This document shows, piece by piece, positions 56,543 through 64,000 of a stretch of 64,000 nucleotides of DNA; the first letter of the stretch is position 1, and each line of letters starts with the position of its first letter. The notes beneath the pieces were generated by a model. That model had not been told where the DNA came from. It made no database searches and was given only the letters and a program-made list of their open reading frames with translations. The DNA comes from Akkermansiaceae bacterium (lineage in GTDB: Bacteria > Verrucomicrobiota > Verrucomicrobiia > Verrucomicrobiales > Akkermansiaceae). A program made the position numbers and the translations under genes. Location of the stretch: positions 28,991 to 92,990 of the forward strand of contig CAIRGO010000263.1 of NCBI GenBank assembly GCA_903878115.1, in the 5' to 3' direction.

Positions 56543-59236
56543 ATGAATCGAAAATTTCTCTTTTCAAATTACAAGAATAAGCCAATAACAACTCCGACAC
56601 ACATGCAAAAAATACCAGCACTTACTCCAAGTCGCACTGCCGCCGCTCTGATGGCCGTAGCCGCCTTCATGCCCGTGACTATCACTCACGCAGGCGAAAG
56701 CTCTACCGGAATGTCAGGACTCGCTCAGCGCGAAGCCATTCGTCGCCAACAAGCAGTTGCCGAGGCCGATCAACTTCTTATCGATGGTCGCACAGCCTAT
56801 GCTGCTGCTGACTACGAAAAAGCAGTAACCAAATACAAACAAGCACTTGCAGTTTTGCCTGTTGCTCCCGTATTGGAAGATCGTCGCGCATCGATCAAAC
56901 AGCATCTTGTTGATGGCTCTGTCGCTCTCGCTGCAAAGTATCGTAAAGTCGGCAAATACACCGAAGCTCGTGGTTTGTTAGAGAATGTTCTTTCTCCAGA
57001 AGTTGATGCCAACAATCCAATGGCAAAACGTGAACTCGCTTATCTCGACGACCCGATCCGCACGAACCCTGCGTTGACTTATGAGCACACACAAAACGTG
57101 GACGTTGTTCGTCGCGGACTGTACATGGGTGAAGGTCATTACAACTTGGGCAAATATGACGATGCGAAAAAAGAATTCGAAAAAGTTCTTCGTGTTGACC
57201 CTTATAACAAAGCTGCTCGCCGCTGGATGGAGCGTATTGCTGGTGCTAAATCTGATTACTATCGTTCCGCCTACGATCAAATGCGCGCTGAATTGCTCAT
57301 GGAAGTGGATAAAGCATGGGAACTAGCCGTGCCGATGGATGCTCCTGACGCAACGAACAACAATGTTTTTGACCCTACGATCAATTCTGGCTCTGCGCTG
57401 ATCCAAGAAAAACTTCGCAGCATCATCATTCCTGTGATCGATTTTGAAGATACCTCAGTGGAAGAAGCTGTTGATTTCCTTCGTCAGCGTTCACGTGAGT
57501 TGGATAACACCACCACTGATCCTGCCATGAAGGGCATTAACTTCACGATCCGCAAGCCTCGCTCTGCTGGTGCTCCTGCTGCTGGCGCTGCCGCAGATGC
57601 TCTGGATGCCGCAGCCGCAGCATTGCCTGTTGCTGATCCCGGTGCATTGCGCGTTAGGGAATTGAAACTCACCAACGTGCCGATCGCTACTGCATTGAAA
57701 TACATTTGCGATAACACACGTCTCAAATATAAGATTGATGACTTTGCCGTAACACTCGTTCCCGCTTCGGAAGATGGTGAGGACATCGTGACACGCACTT
57801 TCCAAGTGCCACCTGACTTTATTTCTGCACTCAGCGATGGTGGAGCCGGTGATGCTCCCGCCACAACCGATCCTTTCGGTGCCGCTCCGGCAGCTGGTGG
57901 AGTTACTGGCCTGAAGCCACGTGCTGGTGTGCAAGAATTGTTGAAAAACAAAGGTGTGCCGTTTCCGGATAACGCCTCTGCTAACTACATTCCTGCTAAC
58001 AGTTCTTTGGTCGTGCGTAACACACCAAGCAACATGGACTTGATCGAGCAGATCATCATGGCCATGCAAGCTGGCGCTCCTAAGCAAATCAAAATCATGA
58101 CCAAGTTTGTGGAAATCAGCCAAGAGAACAGCGAGGAGCTGGGCTTTGACTGGATCATCACTCCTTTTGGTCTTGGCAGTGATTTGTTTGCTGGTGGCGG
58201 CACGATTGGTAGCGGCACAGCTCGCGGCAATACTGATTTCATTAACCCAGTCAATGGTGTTACGATTCCAGGGATTCCTGCTGCACCTGGCGCAAATGTT
58301 TCTAACATCGTTACCGGCGGCACGCGCTCTGGTTCGAATGCGATCACTCGTGATAGCATCAATTCGATTCTGAACAATCCTAACCGCACTGCTCAGAACA
58401 GCTCGGTGGCTCCTGGTATTCTTAGCCTCACTGGTCTCTTCACCGATGGCCAAGTGCAAATGATCATGCGCGGACTCTCGCAGAAAAAAGGTGCTGACAT
58501 CATGACTGCTCCTAGCATCATGGCTCGCTCCGGTCAAAAAGCTACGATCGAGATCATTCGGGAATTTATCTATCCTACCGAATACGAACCCCCCGAAATT
58601 CCACAACAATTCGGCGGTAACAACAACCAAGGTGGCGGCATCGGCGGCGGTGGCGGCGGCGGCGGCGGAGCATTCCCCGTTACTCCTGCGACTCCTACCG
58701 CGTTCGAGCCTCGTAACACAGGTGTCACTCTTGAAATCGAACCAACTCTTGGTGCGAACGATTCTGTGATCGACCTGCGTTTTGCTCCTGAAATCGTAGA
58801 GTTTGAAGGATTTATCAACTACGGAAGTCCGATTCAGTCGTCTTCTTCCGATGCATTGGGCAATCCTACCACGATCACGATTACCGAGAACCGCATTGAA
58901 ATGCCTGTATTCTCCGTGCGTCGGGTTTCGACTGCACTTTCCATCTATGACGGTCACACTGTGGCAGTTGGTGGTTTGATGCGTGAGGACGTGCAAAACG
59001 TAGAAGACAAAGTGCCAATTTTGGGAGATATTCCTTTGATTGGTCGTCTGTTCCAAACCAAAGCAGAAAACCGCATCAAGAGCAATTTGATCATCTTCGT
59101 TACCGCGCAGATCATTGATGCCACTGGTCGTGTTATGAAAGATAGCACGGCACCTGCAGGCACTCCTGCTTCGTTGGTTCCTGGCGGAGTTGGTGGTTTG
59201 GATGGCGGACCTAGTCTGCTGCCTCCTCCACAATAA
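56543..59236 (+). CDS. Secretin (GspD/PilQ family) with N-terminal TPR-like region
   Basis: C-terminal secretin signature VPILGDIPLIGRLFQ...NLIIFVTAQII, plus ADIMTAPSIMARSGQKATIEI. The N-terminal ~250 aa has TPR-like repeats (YEKAVTKYKQAL, YDDAKKEFEKVLRVDPYN). An alternative start is at 56603. Confidence 0.88.
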   Translation: MNRKFLFSNYKNKPITTPTHMQKIPALTPSRTAAALMAVAAFMPVTITHAGESSTGMSGLAQREAIRRQQAVAEADQLLIDGRTAYAAADYEKAVTKYKQALAVLPVAPVLEDRRASIKQHLVDGSVALAAKYRKVGKYTEARGLLENVLSPEVDANNPMAKRELAYLDDPIRTNPALTYEHTQNVDVVRRGLYMGEGHYNLGKYDDAKKEFEKVLRVDPYNKAARRWMERIAGAKSDYYRSAYDQMRAELLMEVDKAWELAVPMDAPDATNNNVFDPTINSGSALIQEKLRSIIIPVIDFEDTSVEEAVDFLRQRSRELDNTTTDPAMKGINFTIRKPRSAGAPAAGAAADALDAAAAALPVADPGALRVRELKLTNVPIATALKYICDNTRLKYKIDDFAVTLVPASEDGEDIVTRTFQVPPDFISALSDGGAGDAPATTDPFGAAPAAGGVTGLKPRAGVQELLKNKGVPFPDNASANYIPANSSLVVRNTPSNMDLIEQIIMAMQAGAPKQIKIMTKFVEISQENSEELGFDWIITPFGLGSDLFAGGGTIGSGTARGNTDFINPVNGVTIPGIPAAPGANVSNIVTGGTRSGSNAITRDSINSILNNPNRTAQNSSVAPGILSLTGLFTDGQVQMIMRGLSQKKGADIMTAPSIMARSGQKATIEIIREFIYPTEYEPPEIPQQFGGNNNQGGGIGGGGGGGGGAFPVTPATPTAFEPRNTGVTLEIEPTLGANDSVIDLRFAPEIVEFEGFINYGSPIQSSSSDALGNPTTITITENRIEMPVFSVRRVSTALSIYDGHTVAVGGLMREDVQNVEDKVPILGDIPLIGRLFQTKAENRIKSNLIIFVTAQIIDATGRVMKDSTAPAGTPASLVPGGVGGLDGGPSLLPPPQ
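58631..58669 (+). repeat. GGY triplet repeat encoding GGGIGGGGGGGGG inside the secretin
   Basis: ggt ggc ggc atc ggc ggc ggt ggc ggc ggc ggc ggc gga. This includes five perfect consecutive GGC units (58652..58666). Confidence 0.9.
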
Positions 59237-59260
59237 GCATTAGCTAACAATATTTTTTCA

Positions 59261-59291
59261 ACGGGCGGATGAAAATCCGCCCGTTTTTTTG
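59261..59291 (+). terminator. Rho-independent terminator after the secretin gene
   Basis: ACGGGCGGA - tgaaaa - TCCGCCCGT, followed by TTTTTTT. Confidence 0.8.
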
Positions 59292-59343
59292 TCACTCGTG
59301 TTGGCAGATGGAATCCGCCGCCACCATCATACGCTGCTCAAAA

Positions 59344-59814
59344 CTACGATGCTCTGCTATGGCGAATCACTGTAAAATCTGGATTTTCTAGGAGAATCTC
59401 TTGCTCGGGAAAGTCGTGCTCAAACAAGGGAAAATGGGTGTCTCCCGGATATTCTTGTTTGATATGTGTCACAATTAATGCGGTCATTTGTTCCATAAAT
59501 GCCCGATAGATTTCCGCACCGCCGATGATGTAGATCAATGGTTCAGCAGCTGCAATAGTATTCAGTTCTTGAGTTTGATGAATCACTTCGACGCCTGGAT
59601 GACTCCAGTTTTCATCGCGGGTGAGGATGATGTTGCGACGTTTCGGTAGGGGGCGACCGATCGAATCAAAGGTCTTACGCCCCATCACGATCGGATGACC
59701 AGAGGTAGTGGTTTTAAAAAAGGCGAGGTCGGCTGGTAAGTGCCAGGGAAGAGTGCCGCCAGCGCCGATAATACGTGCTGGGGTCATCGCCACGATGCCA
59801 ATGAGCTGGTTCAT
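59344..59814 (-). CDS. folA: Dihydrofolate reductase
   Basis: IVAMTPARIIGAGGTLPWHLPADLAFFKTTTSGHPIVMGRKTFDSIGRPLPKRRNIILTR is a canonical DHFR N-terminus. It lies downstream of thyA. Confidence 0.9.
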   Translation of the reverse strand: MNQLIGIVAMTPARIIGAGGTLPWHLPADLAFFKTTTSGHPIVMGRKTFDSIGRPLPKRRNIILTRDENWSHPGVEVIHQTQELNTIAAAEPLIYIIGGAEIYRAFMEQMTALIVTHIKQEYPGDTHFPLFEHDFPEQEILLENPDFTVIRHSRAS

Positions 59815-59844
59815 TTTGTTAGATAAAAATAGCAGGGAAAAATG

Positions 59845-60657
59845 TTAGACGGAAATCGGAGCCTTGATCGCGGGGTGGGGATCATAGCCATCAAGCCGGA
59901 AATGCTCGAAGCGGAAACCGTCAATTTCTTTCACTGTCGGATCGATCCACATGGCGGGCAGTGGTCGTGGTTCGCGGCTGAGTTGTTCTTTCGCCTGTGC
60001 TAGGTGATTTTGGTAAAGGTGTAGATCGCCGAAGCTGTGGACGAAATCTCTCGCCTCGTAATCGCAGACCTGAGCAATCATCAATGTTAGCAACGCATAA
60101 GACGCTACATTAAAAGGCACGCCAAGAAATAGATCTGCACTGCGCTGATAGAGTTGGCAGGAAAGGCCAGCCTTGCCGCCATCACGCGGTTCATGCACAA
60201 AAAACTGGAACAAACAGTGGCACGGTGGCAGCGCCATTTGATTCACATCTGCTACATTCCATGCGGAGACGATGTGCCGACGCGAGGCGGGTCGATGTTT
60301 CAAGTCATCAATCAGTCGAGCGAGTTGATCGATCACTCGTCCGTCGGGGCATTGCCATGCGCGCCATTGTCGGCCATAGACAGGTCCGAGGTTACCTTTT
60401 TCGTCCGCCCACTCGTCCCAGATACTAACGCCATTTTCTTTGAGATACGCGATGTTGGTATTGCCTTGAATGAACCACAGCAATTCATGAATGATCGAGC
60501 GCAGATGAAGTTTTTTGGTCGTGAGACAAGGAAACCCCTCACGGAGATCATAGCGAGCTTGGCGACCAAACACCGCGATGGTGCCAGTGCCCGTGCGGTC
60601 CGAGCGGGTTTCTCCATTCTCAAGAACATCGCGCAACAAATTCAAGTATGTCTGCAT
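59845..60657 (-). CDS. thyA: Thymidylate synthase (ThyA)
   Basis: [40 protein letters not shown] (catalytic Cys) and [16 protein letters not shown]. The start was trimmed to the ATG at 60657 (270 aa). The ORF-track frame stays open up to 61104, but that part is not ThyA-like. Confidence 0.92.
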   Translation of the reverse strand: MQTYLNLLRDVLENGETRSDRTGTGTIAVFGRQARYDLREGFPCLTTKKLHLRSIIHELLWFIQGNTNIAYLKENGVSIWDEWADEKGNLGPVYGRQWRAWQCPDGRVIDQLARLIDDLKHRPASRRHIVSAWNVADVNQMALPPCHCLFQFFVHEPRDGGKAGLSCQLYQRSADLFLGVPFNVASYALLTLMIAQVCDYEARDFVHSFGDLHLYQNHLAQAKEQLSREPRPLPAMWIDPTVKEIDGFRFEHFRLDGYDPHPAIKAPISV

Positions 60658-60935
60658 GCGCCGCACCATGGCGCGTTTTGGCAGCTGATGCAATGTTTCT
60701 TGTGAGCAGGCCACCACGTTTTTTGAAAAGATTTCGCGACCGATAATTTCCGTCCTAAGATTTTGTGAATTTGAGTAATGACGTTGCGCTACATCACCGC
60801 AGTTCACCCAAGTCGATCGGCAAGGAATGAGAGCCAACATGAAAACCGAGAAAGGAAGATAAAGTAGAGGCAAGCGCGCATGAATCTCGCTTGGTCGGTG
60901 AAACGATTGCAAAGCGGTATTGTATAACGCTTTTT

Positions 60936-61331
60936 TTATTTGGGCATCAGATCGATGCCGAATTTGCGCAAGACGAAAACGGTGAGCCAGAATAGCGCCA
61001 CTGTCATCAGGCAGTTGGCGAGAAGTGCAGGCCAAAATCCCCAGCCATTGCGCAGCAAATAGGGTAGCACCAAAAACATGGGTAGGGTGGGGATCACAAA
61101 CCAAAACGTGCCTTCAGCGTGGTTGGCAATTCGTGTAGTCGATTGCTTTTCTGTATGCATCCAGATCATCGCTAGCAACGAGGTGAATGGCAACGCAATC
61201 AGCAATGCAGAGACACGGTCGTTGATTAATTGCACCTTGGTGACAATGACAATGATGACGGCCGTGAGCAGGATTTTCACGATGTCCATGCCAGAAAATG
61301 TAATGAGTTGATGCCAAGGAACTTTGTTCAT
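60936..61331 (-). CDS. Small integral membrane protein (4 TM; possibly DUF3147-like)
   Basis: Hydrophobic 131-aa ORF. The family call is weak. An alternative start is MDIVKI at 61289. Confidence 0.5.
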   Translation of the reverse strand: MNKVPWHQLITFSGMDIVKILLTAVIIVIVTKVQLINDRVSALLIALPFTSLLAMIWMHTEKQSTTRIANHAEGTFWFVIPTLPMFLVLPYLLRNGWGFWPALLANCLMTVALFWLTVFVLRKFGIDLMPK

Positions 61332-61404
61332 AGTGATGTGATGATAATTAAGTTTTGGTTTTTTTAACGTTTCACAGCAATATTTTTGCGTTTACAGCGG
61401 CGAA

Positions 61405-61893
61405 TTATTTCTTCGCTTTGTCGATCAAGGTCTGGAGGTATTTGGCATAGGCGTCGGGCCCGCCCTCGCGGTAACCGATGTCTTCGCTGATTTTTTTGCC
61501 CTCAGAATCGAGCAGAAAAATGGTCGGATAGCCCTCGATCTTAAATTCTTTGTCGAGCACTTTGTTCTGTGCCTTTAACTTGGCGTCTTGTTCTTTTTTC
61601 TTGGGGAAATCGACTTCCATGAGTATCAGATTTTTTGCTGCGTATTCCTGAAATTCTTTTTTCGAGAAAACTTCTTTTTCGATGCGAATGCACCATCCGC
61701 ACCAGTCGGTGCCTGTGAAGTTAATAAGGATCGGTTTGTTTTCGGCCTTAGCCTTTGCTTTGGCTGCCTCCCAATCGGTCATCCAGCCGTTGGCGATGGC
61801 GAAAGTGGAACTGAGAATAAGGGCGGTTATGGTGCGGAGTGCTGATTTCATTTTTTTTGGTTGTTGATAATTATTGTGCGTAATTGATTTCAC
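61405..61893 (-). CDS. Secreted thioredoxin-fold protein
   Basis: Signal peptide. WCGWC active-site motif within PILINFTGTDWCGWCIRIEKEVF. GYPTIFLLD resembles the cis-Pro loop. Confidence 0.8.
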   Translation of the reverse strand: MKSITHNNYQQPKKMKSALRTITALILSSTFAIANGWMTDWEAAKAKAKAENKPILINFTGTDWCGWCIRIEKEVFSKKEFQEYAAKNLILMEVDFPKKKEQDAKLKAQNKVLDKEFKIEGYPTIFLLDSEGKKISEDIGYREGGPDAYAKYLQTLIDKAKK

Positions 61894-61998
61894 TTAACCT
61901 AGCTCTCCCGCTTGCTTTGGCAAGTTATCTTTTCTTGGTGGTGGATTATTTTGCTGGTGGCTTGACGACAATTTAGATAATTCCAACGCGGTCATCAC

Positions 61999-63387
61999 TT
62001 AGAAAGACTTTTTTATGGCATCAAGTTTTTCTAACATTCGCGCGACAATCTCGGGGTGTTCAGAGGCACGATCAATGCGCTCGCCAAGATCTTCTTCCAC
62101 ATCGAAAAGTAGTGGTTTTTCGCGGGTGGCTGTGAATCCATAAGAGTCTCCTGTTTGGCTAATCAGGGCGATGTGTAGTTTCCATGGTCCTTCGCGATAG
62201 ACATTGGGTTGATTGTCTGAGCCAGAATATGCTAGAGAAAATGGCACGACTTTGTTAGTAAAATGATCGGGTGCTAGTAGCGCTCGGATGTCGCGTCCGT
62301 CTAACGGTTTTTCTGATTTTGCGCCACACAAAGCAAAGACCGTGGGTAGCACATCCAAGGTGCTTGCTGGTTCTAGTTGTCGGTGCGGTGCAATCACTCC
62401 CGGCCAGTAAAAAATCCCAGGCACGCGATGTCCGCCTTCCCAATTAGAACCTTTGCCATCGCGAAAAGGCAATGCATAGCCGACGTGCATCCTCGCCTCG
62501 CCGTATTTTCCGGACTTGGCATTTTGGAAGAGGATCCACGGTCCGTTGTCGGAGGAAAAAATCACTAGCGTATTTTTTGCAATGCCCGCATCCTCAAGTG
62601 CTTTGATGATCTGGCCTACGGAGTCATCGATTTCTGCCATTACATCGCCGAGCAAACCACGCCGTGATTTCCCTTTGAATGCATCACTCACAAAAAGCCC
62701 TAGATGAGGTTGATTGTGAGCTACGTAGGCTAAGAATGGCTGATCTTTATTGCTGTGGATGAATTCTACGGCTGCTTTGGTGTAGCGTGAGGTGAGTGAT
62801 TGGCATGTCGTTGGATTCGATGGCAAATTAGCTGCAATCTCCGAATATCCAGCAATCGGATTTTTTCCGTTAGGGTCAGATGTTAGCAATTTTGCCACTT
62901 CATAATCATGGGATACATCGGTGCCTAGCCATTGATCGAACCCATGCGCTAAGGGCAGAGTTTCAGGAGACATTTTGTTTTTGGCATTCGGGCTTCCTTC
63001 GTGCCATTTGCCAAACATGCCAGTGTGGTAGCCCTGTGCTTTGAGTCCTTCTGCGAGTGTGGTTTCTTCGGCCCGCAAGTGCGGTTGTGAGTCAGGGCTG
63101 TTGACCCATGAGCCAAAGCCTGAACGCCCTGGATAGCGTCCTGTGAGCAATGAATAGCGCGATGCACTACAAGCAGGAGAGGTGACATAGAATTGAGTAA
63201 AATTTACCCCTCCATTCGCGATCTTGCTGATGTTAGGTGTCTCGATCACAGGATTGCCGTTATGCGAGTAATCACCGTAGCCGCTGTCATCGAGATAAAT
63301 CACCACCACGTTGGGGCGATCGAGTGCTTCACGACCGCTGACGGGAACAGCTTTGCATAACAAAAGTGCAATCGTCAGGAACTTCAT
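61999..63387 (-). CDS. Sulfatase (arylsulfatase family, S1)
   Basis: Signal peptide. PNVVVIYLDDSGYGD metal site. CSASRYSLLTGRYP formylglycine motif with Ala in place of Pro. GKWH, and SDNGP. Confidence 0.88.
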   Translation of the reverse strand: MKFLTIALLLCKAVPVSGREALDRPNVVVIYLDDSGYGDYSHNGNPVIETPNISKIANGGVNFTQFYVTSPACSASRYSLLTGRYPGRSGFGSWVNSPDSQPHLRAEETTLAEGLKAQGYHTGMFGKWHEGSPNAKNKMSPETLPLAHGFDQWLGTDVSHDYEVAKLLTSDPNGKNPIAGYSEIAANLPSNPTTCQSLTSRYTKAAVEFIHSNKDQPFLAYVAHNQPHLGLFVSDAFKGKSRRGLLGDVMAEIDDSVGQIIKALEDAGIAKNTLVIFSSDNGPWILFQNAKSGKYGEARMHVGYALPFRDGKGSNWEGGHRVPGIFYWPGVIAPHRQLEPASTLDVLPTVFALCGAKSEKPLDGRDIRALLAPDHFTNKVVPFSLAYSGSDNQPNVYREGPWKLHIALISQTGDSYGFTATREKPLLFDVEEDLGERIDRASEHPEIVARMLEKLDAIKKSF

Positions 63388-63631
63388 GCGCTCACGCTAG
63401 CGAAGATTTCTTCTCGCGTCTAGACATTGGTAGCGTTCGTTATGGTCTGTTTCGGTAAATGTATTTTCGTTTTCTTTGATTTCTTCTTTCAAAAATTACA
63501 GCATCGAGAAGATATGCATTCCAGTCGTCTTGGATTGCAAGAGTTTGCAAAAACTACCAGTGAAAAAAATTGGCGAATTCTTACTTTTTTGCTTGCAATT
63601 GAGATTGAGTCTCAATAACGACTGTGTAGCC

Positions 63632-64000
63632 ATGCAAATCAACCGTAAAAAAAAACAAGTCCTGTCCCCGCTCTCAAAAGCACTGCTACTCGGCCTGGCA
63701 GCCTGGAATTCTGCATCACTCAGAGCGCAATCCAGCACCCCGACAGATCCTATTTCGGAAGCTCCTTCTGTCGCCGATGACCTAGATGCCATTGTCGTTG
63801 TTGCAGAAACGATAAGTGAGCACAAGGTGCAAGACCCATTTCTCCCTGATGTCGTTGGAACGAATATTTACGCGGGAAAAAAAACTTCCGTCATGGATTT
63901 TGATTCATTGCCCCAAATCAATACCGACAACTATCGCCAGGCCTTTGCGAAAACTCCGGGACTGCTGACTAGCGAAGTGAGCAATAATTCACTGTTGTCG
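63632..64000 (+). CDS. TonB-dependent receptor (N-terminal part only; runs off the window)
   Basis: Hand translation from the ATG at 63632 gives MQINRKKKQVLSPLSKALLLGLAAWNSASLRAQS (signal). It continues ...DLDAIVVVAE (TonB-box-like) and then the plug-domain start GTNIYAGKKTSV...YRQAFAKTPGLL. The frame is open to the window end. Confidence 0.7.
   Translation, partial: MQINRKKKQVLSPLSKALLLGLAAWNSASLRAQSSTPTDPISEAPSVADDLDAIVVVAETISEHKVQDPFLPDVVGTNIYAGKKTSVMDFDSLPQINTDNYRQAFAKTPGLLTSEVSNNSLLS

Noticed and set aside
58631-58669. GGC repeat considered as a CRISPR or VNTR locus
   Set aside because: It is a 39-nt in-frame triplet run inside a CDS. There is no spacer-repeat organisation, and no cas genes are in the window.
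57491-59233. 580-aa ORF on the minus strand
   Set aside because: It is entirely antisense to the well-supported secretin gene. Its product is Arg/Ser/Cys-rich low-complexity sequence with no motifs. This is the typical shadow ORF of a GC-biased coding region.
60154-60705. 183-aa plus-strand ORF
   Set aside because: It is antisense to thyA, which is unambiguous.
60658-61104. 149-codon N-terminal extension of the thyA reading frame (the ORF track gives 419 aa)
   Set aside because: ThyA homology begins exactly at MQTYLNLL (ATG at 60657). The extension is not ThyA-like. It partly overlaps the separate membrane-protein gene at 60936..61331 in another frame.

Overview
Densely coding chromosomal segment with about 55 CDS. 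It most likely comes from a Verrucomicrobiota (PVC) bacterium. The taxon call is an inference from gene content: a PSCyt/DUF1553 + DUF1501 pair, TAT-signal Gfo/Idh/MocA oxidoreductase, sulfatase, and a gene cluster colinear with the Akkermansia Amuc_1102..Amuc_1098 locus. I found no rRNA, tRNA, CRISPR array, transposase or integrase.

Housekeeping content:
- rseP
- a sit/mnt-type Mn ABC importer with divergent mntR
- ccoG
- acpP, accA
- a U32 peptidase
- a Fur-family regulator with sufC-sufB-sufD
- bamA
- a ROK kinase
- aroD
- folA-thyA

Parts most worth a second look:
1. A five-gene pilus-like/secretin cluster at 51.8-59.3 kb. It has a PilM-PilN fusion, an Amuc_1100-like protein and a TPR-secretin, but no pilin or ATPase genes nearby.
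2. An uncharacterised two-gene module (small MxPEER protein + nucleotidyltransferase-fold protein) present twice. One copy is wedged inside the suf operon between sufB and sufD.
3. An operon of a CBM-FAD oxidoreductase, a NapH/NosR-like membrane protein with two FMN-binding motifs, and ApbE. This suggests an extracytoplasmic flavin-based electron transfer system.
4. A GC-rich island carrying a SulP-STAS-beta-carbonic anhydrase fusion and a truncated LysR remnant.
5. A stand-alone 813-aa HerA/DUF87-like ATPase.

All family assignments come from motif recognition by eye. No database search was run.
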